DNA from: Thermoplasmata archaeon
GTDB lineage: Archaea > Thermoplasmatota > E2 > DHVEG-1
Direction: 5' to 3'
NCBI GenBank assembly: GCA_003649845.1
Contig: QMTB01000001.1
Span: 1-29,930 of the forward strand
Length of the DNA stretch: 29,930 nucleotides
Both the position numbers and the translations under genes were made by a program. Below, piece after piece: positions 18,158 to 25,326 of the stretch. The notes under the pieces are model-generated. The model made no database searches, had not been told where the DNA came from, and saw only the letters and a list, made by a program, of their open reading frames with translations. The number at the start of each line of letters is the position of its first letter. Positions within the stretch are counted from its first letter, which is position 1.

Positions 18158-18907
18158 TTATTGATGTCTCCTTCTTTTCAATAGAATAAATGAGGCTCCA
18201 ACTGCAGCTATAAACACTAGTGCTTCGAAACCAGGTGTTCTCGGAGGAGTTACACCTCCGTTACCATTTTCTCCGCCGGTACCTTCATTACCGCCACCTG
18301 CACCTTCATCGCCACTAGTATTATCATTATTGGTAGAAGAACCTCCGCCGGCGTTTTGTTCTCCCCACCAAGGGGAATGTTCATTTGGTATCCAATCACC
18401 CCACCATTCACTAAAAGTATCACCAGGAGATATATATTCTGCAGCATAACCCCAGAGATCTATATTGCTATAATCTGTTCCAACTACGGTGAATGTACAA
18501 GAAATAGTGTCACCTGTAGCCTGTATATCCGAGGTTTGATTAAACTGTCCACTATACCCATTTCCACTCATAGCAAAACCATATCCTGAGCCGTTACTCC
18601 AATACATCCAGTAGTTTGCATCTGAGGTATTGAGATAAGCCCAATATCCAACTAACTCAGAGTTTTGTATTGTACCAGATACTTTAAGATTAATCGTTAA
18701 TTTATCTCCATTTAATGTATAAGATAGCTCAGTTATATCAATCTCAGGTTTATTACCTATGTTATACTCCCAACCCCAGGAGGTTGCAGTAACCCTCCAA
18801 TGTGCTACATCACCAGTTGGATCTGATATTGCTTCAGCTGATGCGAAACCGCCTAAGAATATAAACGCTGATAGAGCAGCTATAAGAATCTTATTTCTTT
18901 TTTTCAT
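18158..18907 (-). CDS. Secreted surface protein with a PGF-CTERM (archaeosortase) sorting signal
   Basis: Signal peptide MKKRNKILIAALSAFIFLGGFASA; aromatic-rich beta domain; Gly/Asn/Glu-rich linker; C-terminal TPGFEALVFIAAVGASFILLKRRRHQ (PGF at 18227-18235, TM, basic tail). Confidence 0.88.
   Translation of the reverse strand: MKKRNKILIAALSAFIFLGGFASAEAISDPTGDVAHWRVTATSWGWEYNIGNKPEIDITELSYTLNGDKLTINLKVSGTIQNSELVGYWAYLNTSDANYWMYWSNGSGYGFAMSGNGYSGQFNQTSDIQATGDTISCTFTVVGTDYSNIDLWGYAAEYISPGDTFSEWWGDWIPNEHSPWWGEQNAGGGSSTNNDNTSGDEGAGGGNEGTGGENGNGGVTPPRTPGFEALVFIAAVGASFILLKRRRHQ
18244..18353 (-). repeat. Low-complexity Gly-rich linker within the PGF-CTERM protein
   Basis: Encodes AGGGSSTNNDNTSGDEGAGGGNEGTGGENGNGGVTP. 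Confidence 0.7.
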
Positions 18908-19062
18908 ATTTGCACCTATTTATTTCCTTATGCGACTCCTTTAAATGCTAAGTACTTATTAAATATATCGGAGAGAGATCAAATGGAAAAACTATGGGAA
19001 ACCAAAATATTTTTATCATTAACTTTGTTTTATGCATATCTATCCGGTGGAGGATGATGAGG

Positions 19063-19446
19063 ATGAACGAGGTATTGAAAATGATCGGTAATAATGCTGG
19101 GAAGATATGGAGGGTTCTAGACAGAGATGGACCCCAAGTTAGATCTAAGATTTTAGAGAAAACAAATCTCACAGAAGATGAGTTTTATGGTGCAATAGGT
19201 TGGCTTGCAAGAGAGAATAAAATTCGAAAGGAGAAGAGAACATATACGTTAGGTGAAACTAATTTAACGGAGAAAATAGGGACAGATGCAGGCAAGATAT
19301 GGAGGATACTTGGAACTAGAACGGATATGGATGTATCTTCTATAGCTAGATTATCTAATATTAAAAAACAGGATTGTTATTCTGCATTAGGATGGCTTGC
19401 AAGAGAGGGAAAGATTACAGCTAAGATAATGGTTAGAAAAAAATAG
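19063..19446 (+). CDS. Tandem winged helix-turn-helix protein (two DUF2582-like domains)
   Basis: IG..AGKIWR.L ... A.GWLARE.KI occurs twice, 64 aa apart. GGTGGAGG SD precedes ATGs at 19054, 19057 and 19063, so the track's start at 18994 is unlikely. Confidence 0.85.
   Translation: MNEVLKMIGNNAGKIWRVLDRDGPQVRSKILEKTNLTEDEFYGAIGWLARENKIRKEKRTYTLGETNLTEKIGTDAGKIWRILGTRTDMDVSSIARLSNIKKQDCYSALGWLAREGKITAKIMVRKK
19102..19407 (+). repeat. Intragenic direct duplication, 192-nt period
   Basis: AAGATATGGAGG at 19102 and 19294; TGGCTTGCAAGAGAG at 19201 and 19393. Confidence 0.85.
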
Positions 19447-19499
19447 TTTCAATGGGATGGAAAAATTAGTATAATAAAATCTTCTTCCTTCTTGATATA

Positions 19500-20072
19500 A
19501 TGAAAGTGGAGATTAGATTACTTGGTATTGACGACGCTCCCTTTTCCTTTAGAGAGGATAAAACTCTTGTTGTTGGCGTAATAATGCGTGGAGGGGCGTA
19601 CATAGAAGGGGTTTTAAGGAGAGATATATCGATAGATGGTTTAGATTCAACAGAGGCATGTATAGATATGGTATTAACTACTAGACATAGAAAACAGTTG
19701 AGAGCTATGTTATTGGATGGAGTATCTCTAGGGGGGTTTAATATAGTAGATATTGAAAAGGTTTTCAATGAAACAGAGGTGCCTGTTATTACAGTCACTA
19801 GAGATAAACCTGATTTTGATAAAATAAAATCTGCATTGAAAAAACATTTTTCTGACTGGGAGAAACGTTTTGATATGATATCTAAAGGTTCATTGCATGT
19901 TATTAAAACATCCTATAATCCCATATATGTTAAATGCGCTGGTATCTTAATTAGTGAGGCAAAAGAGATAATAAAGATTTCAACTATACGAGGGGTTATA
20001 CCTGAACCTATTAGAGTGGCGCATCTCATTGCCTCTGGTATAAAGAGAGGTGAATCATATGGTAAAGCATAA
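19500..20072 (+). CDS. DUF99/UPF0215-family protein (endonuclease V-like fold)
   Basis: LLGIDDAPF, VVGVIMRG, DGLDST, LLDGVSLGGFNIVD, IPEPIRVAHLIASG. Confidence 0.9.
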   Translation: MKVEIRLLGIDDAPFSFREDKTLVVGVIMRGGAYIEGVLRRDISIDGLDSTEACIDMVLTTRHRKQLRAMLLDGVSLGGFNIVDIEKVFNETEVPVITVTRDKPDFDKIKSALKKHFSDWEKRFDMISKGSLHVIKTSYNPIYVKCAGILISEAKEIIKISTIRGVIPEPIRVAHLIASGIKRGESYGKA

Positions 20073-20244
20073 AGCAAAGGTTGATGAGAGAGAATGTTTA
20101 TCATGCGGTGGATGTATATCTGTATGTCCTGTAGATGCGGTTTTTATGAAAAATCTGAGAGCTTTTGTTGATCAAAGTTTATGCATTGGATGTAGTATAT
20201 GTGTGAATACCTGTCCAATTGGAGCAATTAGTTTGGAGGAATAA
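20059..20244 (+). CDS. 2[4Fe-4S] ferredoxin
   Basis: CLSCGGCISVCP and CIGCSICVNTCP; GAGGTGA SD before ATG 20059. Confidence 0.95.
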   Translation: MVKHKAKVDERECLSCGGCISVCPVDAVFMKNLRAFVDQSLCIGCSICVNTCPIGAISLEE

Positions 20245-20246
20245 TA

Positions 20247-21458
20247 ATGAGGTATGATGTAATAGTTGTTGGTGCTGGTCCAGCTGGGAGTGTCACTGCT
20301 AGATTTGCCGCTAAGAGAGGAGCTAAGGTGCTTCTATTGGAACGTAGAGCAGAGATTGGTATACCTGTATTATGCGGAGAGGGGGTAAGTCAAAGGATTG
20401 ATAAATGGAATATATTGGAGAGTAAAAATTGGATTGCAAACAAATTGGATGGTGCAAAGATTTTTTCTCCTGATGGTACGAAGGTTACTTTATCTAAGGA
20501 AATGGCGGGTAATGAAACAGGGTATGTAATCTATAGAGATGTTTTTGATAAAGAACTCGCTCATCTTGCAGGTAAAGCCGGAGCGGAGGTTATGTTAAGA
20601 TCAGAAGTCATAGGGTTAGTTAAAGAAGGGGATAAAATCAAAGGTGTTAAGGTAAGGAGGATGAAAGAGGATTTTGAGATTGAAGCAGATATAGTAGTGG
20701 GAGCAGATGGAGTAGAATCAAAGATTGGTAGATGGGCAGGGATTGATACTACTGTTAAACCAAATGATTTAGAAACATGTGTTCAATATACCTTCTCTAA
20801 TGTAGACTATCCAACAGATTATGGAGAGTTTTATCTAGGTAAAAAGATTGCACCTGGAGGTTATATCTGGGTTTTTCCAAAGGGTGACGGTGTATTCAAT
20901 GTGGGGATAGGGATTCTTGCAAATTTTAGCAAACCAGGTCTAGCATTGAAGTTACTTAATGCGTTTATTGAAAAAAAACTACCAGATTTTAAAAAAGGCA
21001 TTCCTTTGCGTTTACTTGCAGGTGCAGTACCAGTTGCAAAACCAGTGGAAACAGTGAGGGACAACCTTCTATTGGTTGGAGATGCTGCTAGGCATGCTGA
21101 TCCCATAACAGGAGGGGGGATAACAACTTCATTGGAAGGCGGGAGGATAGCGGGAGAGGTTATTGGAGATGCTGTAGAGAAACAACGTTTCGATAGAGAG
21201 AGACTTGCAGAATATGAGAAGAGATGGAAAGAAGCTTTCGGGCAGAAACTACTTAGAAATTATATGGTTAAAGAGATAATGTTAGATTTCGATGATAAAA
21301 CCCTTAATATGTTAGCGGATTCCTTGAAAGATTATAGTTTTGAAGAATTCAGCACTTTGAGTTTATTAAAAGCATTGGTGTTGAAACATCCAACGTTACT
21401 TATGAAACTTAAACCTCTAATTAAGCTATCAGAGAAGAAGATGGAGAAGAAGATATGA
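20247..21458 (+). CDS. Digeranylgeranylglycerophospholipid reductase (GGR, paralog 2)
   Basis: VVGAGPAGS, CGEG, GADGVES, PGGYIWVFP (PxxYxWxFP), VGDAARHADPITGGGI; directly follows a ferredoxin gene. Confidence 0.93.
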   Translation: MRYDVIVVGAGPAGSVTARFAAKRGAKVLLLERRAEIGIPVLCGEGVSQRIDKWNILESKNWIANKLDGAKIFSPDGTKVTLSKEMAGNETGYVIYRDVFDKELAHLAGKAGAEVMLRSEVIGLVKEGDKIKGVKVRRMKEDFEIEADIVVGADGVESKIGRWAGIDTTVKPNDLETCVQYTFSNVDYPTDYGEFYLGKKIAPGGYIWVFPKGDGVFNVGIGILANFSKPGLALKLLNAFIEKKLPDFKKGIPLRLLAGAVPVAKPVETVRDNLLLVGDAARHADPITGGGITTSLEGGRIAGEVIGDAVEKQRFDRERLAEYEKRWKEAFGQKLLRNYMVKEIMLDFDDKTLNMLADSLKDYSFEEFSTLSLLKALVLKHPTLLMKLKPLIKLSEKKMEKKI

Positions 21459-22267
21459 AATGGGGTATTGTATGTAGTTCAAATGTTAAGAAATCTTTTT
21501 CTGTTGCAAGAGAGGTTTATCAATTTTTGTTAAAACATGGAGATGTTTTCCCGGAGAAAAGTTTTGCAGAGAAGATGAATTTATCAGGATATGCATTATT
21601 GGATATAAATAAAAAAAGTGATATTGTAGTTACAGTAGGTGGGGATGGGACGATCCTTAGAACGTTAAGGGAAGTTGAGAAACCTATTTTCGCTATTAAT
21701 TCTGGTGGGATGGGTTTTTTAGCAGAGGTAGAAGCAAAGTATGCTATCGAGGGATTAGAGAGGGTTATAGAAGGTAAATATAATGTTGAAGAGAGAGCTA
21801 AACTAAAGGTTATACTTGATAATAGGCGTTTACCTGATGCTGCTAATGAGGTCACCCTTCAAACGGGCAGGATAGCTAAGATAATGTATATGCAGTTATT
21901 TGTAGAAGATGAGTTATTTGAAAATCTAGGTGCAGATGGAGTAATTATAGCGACACCAACAGGTTCAACAAGTTATTCTCTCAGTGTAGGAGGTCCTATT
22001 ATGGATCCAAGTGTGAACGCTATGATAGTTGCACCCCTTGCTCCTTTTCGTCTATCAGCTAGGCCATGGGTTATACCTTTAAATAAAAAAGTTAAAGCAA
22101 AGGTTTTACCTAAGAGTAAGGAAACAAAATTGGTGATAGATGGAAACTATACAGAGGATGTATCCCCTAAAAATACTATGATAGTAACTGGTTCAGAGAA
22201 GAAAGCAAGGTTTATAAGATTCGGAGAAACATTTTATCAGATGGTTAGATTGAAACTAGTGAGATAG
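21455..22267 (+). CDS. nadK: NAD kinase
   Basis: TVGGDGTILR, GFLAE, AANEV, ADGVIIATPTGSTSYSLSVGGP; ATGA overlap with GGR. Confidence 0.95.
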   Translation: MKWGIVCSSNVKKSFSVAREVYQFLLKHGDVFPEKSFAEKMNLSGYALLDINKKSDIVVTVGGDGTILRTLREVEKPIFAINSGGMGFLAEVEAKYAIEGLERVIEGKYNVEERAKLKVILDNRRLPDAANEVTLQTGRIAKIMYMQLFVEDELFENLGADGVIIATPTGSTSYSLSVGGPIMDPSVNAMIVAPLAPFRLSARPWVIPLNKKVKAKVLPKSKETKLVIDGNYTEDVSPKNTMIVTGSEKKARFIRFGETFYQMVRLKLVR

Positions 22268-22269
22268 AA

Positions 22270-22671
22270 ATGTTATGGAAAAAAGAGAAACCTAAGATTA
22301 CATGGAAGATTACACGTGGTTGTCTATCCTTAATTTTTGAGAGTGCAAAAGCAACATATCCAAAAGAATTTGCAGCATTATTAAGAGTATACCCTGAGGC
22401 AAAGGATACTATATCAGAGCTCGTATTATTACCGGGTACGATATCTGGTGATGCTCACGCTATTTTTAGAATGCATATGCGTCCAATTGATTTTAGTATA
22501 GTAGGTACCATCCATAGTCATCCATCTACCTCTTGGTTTCCCTCTAGAGCAGATCTACAGTTATTTAGGAAATATGGACGTATACATATTATAGTAGCAT
22601 ATCCCTTTAATGAGAATACCTGGGGAGCGTATGATTATAATGGTTCATCTGTAGAGGTAAAGGTTATTTAA
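22270..22671 (+). CDS. JAMM/MPN+ metalloprotease (Mov34/MPN/PAD-1 family)
   Basis: YPKEF (catalytic Glu) and complete H-S-H-x7-S-x2-D motif (HSHPSTSWFPSRAD). Confidence 0.92.
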   Translation: MLWKKEKPKITWKITRGCLSLIFESAKATYPKEFAALLRVYPEAKDTISELVLLPGTISGDAHAIFRMHMRPIDFSIVGTIHSHPSTSWFPSRADLQLFRKYGRIHIIVAYPFNENTWGAYDYNGSSVEVKVI

Positions 22672-22705
22672 CCATCTCTACTTTTAGAAAAATTGTGGAA
22701 TAGGG

Positions 22706-23755
22706 ATGACAGGGAGTTGGATTGATATAATCATATTTGCTCCACTTGCTCCAATTAGTGGAGTTATACTTTTCTGGTTTCTACAATTAGTATTTATCGA
22801 GAGTGAGAAATATTTTCTATCTAAAATCAAAGATAGACATATTGCCTTATGTAGATTCACAAACTTTCTAGGAGTATTCTTTCAAACGATATGTCATGCT
22901 TTAGGATACACTGTGACAGGTAGCGGCATATCAGAGTTTTATCTAAGCGTACATTATGGTAAAGTTGCTCCAAAACGTAAGAGGGAAGGTTTCTTCGAGT
23001 GGTTTTCCAATGGATTCCTATTTATAGGACCGTTTTTTATACCATCCCTCCTCTTGCTTTTAACACTATTTTTTCTAATACCATCTGGATTTCATTTTAC
23101 TATACAACATGAATATACATTCTCTGAGAGTTTAATCAACTTCGGTGCCAATCTATATATGTTTTCAAGGAGTTTCATAGGTTTCCTTGTAACAATAGAT
23201 CTATTTCACCCTGCGCATATAGGTTTCTGCATCCTATTTTTATTAATCGGACTTGGGATACGACCGAGTTATATAAAACAGGAGAAAAAAAGAGAGAAAA
23301 TAGATATGCTGTATGACTTGAGAAATATAAAGAATTACCTACTAAATAAGCCTCTATATGGATTAATTTTCTTTATAACCTCATACATCTTCTTCTATAT
23401 CTCCTTTCTATTGCATTCAAATTGGTATCTCTCTTTCTTCTCGATATTAGGTTGGCTATCGATTATAGCGATAATCTCTATACTAGTAGCTCATCTACTT
23501 ATATTTATGATAAGAATAACGGATAGAATACCATCTATATGGAGGTACATGCCATATATAATAATGATAGTTTCTTACATTGGTATGCGTGTATTCTTTT
23601 TATTTATACCTCTGGAGCATTCAAAGAGTTTATCCTTACTAGGTATGTTTATATTAACCATTATAAGTACATGGTTTATTCTTAAAAGAGAAACCAATAA
23701 GTTTAAAACCATTATAGATATGGAAAGTCTAAGGGATTTAGATGGATCAAGATGA
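22706..23755 (+). CDS. Polytopic membrane protein, peptidase M50B-like with a degenerate zinc motif
   Basis: About 8-9 hydrophobic segments; GVFFQTICHALG..TG....YLSVHYGKV...IGPFF resembles G..LHELSHA...G...GxV...AP. Confidence 0.55.
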   Translation: MTGSWIDIIIFAPLAPISGVILFWFLQLVFIESEKYFLSKIKDRHIALCRFTNFLGVFFQTICHALGYTVTGSGISEFYLSVHYGKVAPKRKREGFFEWFSNGFLFIGPFFIPSLLLLLTLFFLIPSGFHFTIQHEYTFSESLINFGANLYMFSRSFIGFLVTIDLFHPAHIGFCILFLLIGLGIRPSYIKQEKKREKIDMLYDLRNIKNYLLNKPLYGLIFFITSYIFFYISFLLHSNWYLSFFSILGWLSIIAIISILVAHLLIFMIRITDRIPSIWRYMPYIIMIVSYIGMRVFFLFIPLEHSKSLSLLGMFILTIISTWFILKRETNKFKTIIDMESLRDLDGSR

Positions 23756-24656
23756 ATTATTAGAGAATGAGAGAGTAGAAAGGATTCTATCGCCCCATCC
23801 TTTATCCTTTATGAAACTACAATCTCTATGTATATTTCTATTGATATGGGGTATACTGATAGGATGGTTTGCCAATTTCTCAGAGTGGTGTAACAGTTGG
23901 TTTAACGGTTTTATTCAGATTATACTTGTATGGAGCATAGTTTTACTTATATGGGGTATAATAGCATCTCTAGTTACCATTAGATGGCGTATCTTTTTCT
24001 TATATCTTGGAGTTGTATTGGTTGGCATTCTATTGATAATATGGCAGAATTGGCAGAGTATAACAGGGATTGTAATACCATATTACACTATATTTGTCTC
24101 GATTATCGGATTCTTACTAGTAGAGTTATATCGTAGATCACATAAGTATATCATATCGAATCATAGAATTATCTTCAAAGGTGGAGTACTAACGAAGGAG
24201 GAGAGGACATTGAGGTATGATAAGATTTCAGATATAAACTATAAACAAGGTATATTAGGGCAAATCTTTGGATTTGGAACAGTTATCCCTATAAGTCAAT
24301 CTGGTTTTGGTTTAGGTAGTGATAGTACTTTTGCTGCAGGAGGAGTCGCAGTAGGTAAAACCAGGGCAAAGTTTTTTGGATTAGCAGGAGGTGAGAAGGA
24401 AGTACAAACGCCTCGAGCTAGGAGTTACTATGAATTACATGGAGTATACCCTTTCAAGGAGATAAAAAAGCTTGTAGAATCATTAGTACAAGGTAGCGTT
24501 ATAACACAGTATCAACAGGAACAAGTTGAGTTTCAAAGGGAACAGGTGGATATACAGCGGGAGATGCGTGATCTATTGAAAAAACAACTGGAGTTACCAG
24601 GGGATTTATCTATCAACAATGTTGAAGAAGAATCGTCAGAGGAAGAGGAGGAATAG
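23742..24656 (+). CDS. Membrane protein with a bacterial PH (bPH_2-like) domain, Q-rich coil and acidic tail
   Basis: Four N-terminal TMs, then YIISNHRIIFKGGVL...LRYDKISDINYKQGILGQIFGFGTV; ends EEESSEEEEE. Overlaps the upstream gene by 14 nt. Confidence 0.8.
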   Translation: MDQDELLENERVERILSPHPLSFMKLQSLCIFLLIWGILIGWFANFSEWCNSWFNGFIQIILVWSIVLLIWGIIASLVTIRWRIFFLYLGVVLVGILLIIWQNWQSITGIVIPYYTIFVSIIGFLLVELYRRSHKYIISNHRIIFKGGVLTKEERTLRYDKISDINYKQGILGQIFGFGTVIPISQSGFGLGSDSTFAAGGVAVGKTRAKFFGLAGGEKEVQTPRARSYYELHGVYPFKEIKKLVESLVQGSVITQYQQEQVEFQREQVDIQREMRDLLKKQLELPGDLSINNVEEESSEEEEE

Positions 24657-24695
24657 ATATATTTAAATTCTATATTTTTATTTCCAGGAGAAGCT

Positions 24696-25238
24696 ATGGT
24701 ACCAAGAAAGGTTTTCTTCACTAAAGGGGTAGGTAAACATAAACATGAATTGCAATCCTTTGAACTTGCGCTTAGAAGCGCGGGTATAGAAAAATGTAAC
24801 CTAGTTAATGTATCTAGTATTATACCTCCAAATTGTAAGATTATTCCAAAAAATATTGGTGTATCACAATTAAAACCAGGTGAGATAACATACTGTGTGA
24901 TGTCTAGAAATAAAACTAATGAACCTAATCGTCTAGTTGGAGCAGCTATAGGAGTTGCAATTCCAAAGGAAAAGAATTCCTATGGGTATATATCAGAACA
25001 TCATAGTTTCGGAGAGGTGAGTAAGAAACTCGGTGATCATGTAGAGGATCTAGCAGCTACAATGCTCGCTATGACCCTTGGATTAGATTTTGATCCAGAT
25101 AAAGCATGGGATGAACGTAAACAAGAATATAAGATGAGCGGTAGATTCGTTAGAACTCAGAGTATCGTTCAAACAGCTAGGGGAGATAAAAATGGACTAT
25201 GGACAACAGTTATAGCTGCCGCAGTTTTTCTACCATAA
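24696..25238 (+). CDS. pdaD: Pyruvoyl-dependent arginine decarboxylase
   Basis: [24 protein letters not shown] (self-cleavage Ser-Ser), [29 protein letters not shown] upstream. Confidence 0.94.
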   Translation: MVPRKVFFTKGVGKHKHELQSFELALRSAGIEKCNLVNVSSIIPPNCKIIPKNIGVSQLKPGEITYCVMSRNKTNEPNRLVGAAIGVAIPKEKNSYGYISEHHSFGEVSKKLGDHVEDLAATMLAMTLGLDFDPDKAWDERKQEYKMSGRFVRTQSIVQTARGDKNGLWTTVIAAAVFLP

Positions 25239-25239
25239 A

Positions 25240-25253
25240 CTAATATTTTTTTG
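25240..25253 (+). terminator. Putative oligo-T terminator after pdaD
   Basis: T7 run at 25246-25252 just after the stop codon. Confidence 0.45.
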
Positions 25254-25326
25254 AAGATTAGAAGAGTTTTAATAGGAGATAGTGTTGTATCCATGATATT
25301 TACTATAATTTGAGGTGAAAAGCTCA

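Noticed and set aside
18994-19053. 20-aa hydrophobic N-terminal extension of the wHTH protein given by the ORF track
   Set aside because: It spans the probable TATA (about 19010-19017) and lies upstream of a strong SD, so it is probably not translated.
19054-19060. ATGATGA resembling a box C motif of a C/D sRNA
   Set aside because: It is the start-codon region of the wHTH gene, and I found no suitably placed box D (CTGA) or terminal stem.
25279-25306. Possible TrmB/Tgr-type operator upstream of ppsA (ATAGT...ACTAT; TATC-CAT-GATA)
   Set aside because: Arms are only 4-5 bp in AT-rich DNA and do not match the Thermococcales TATCAC-N5-GTGATA spacing.
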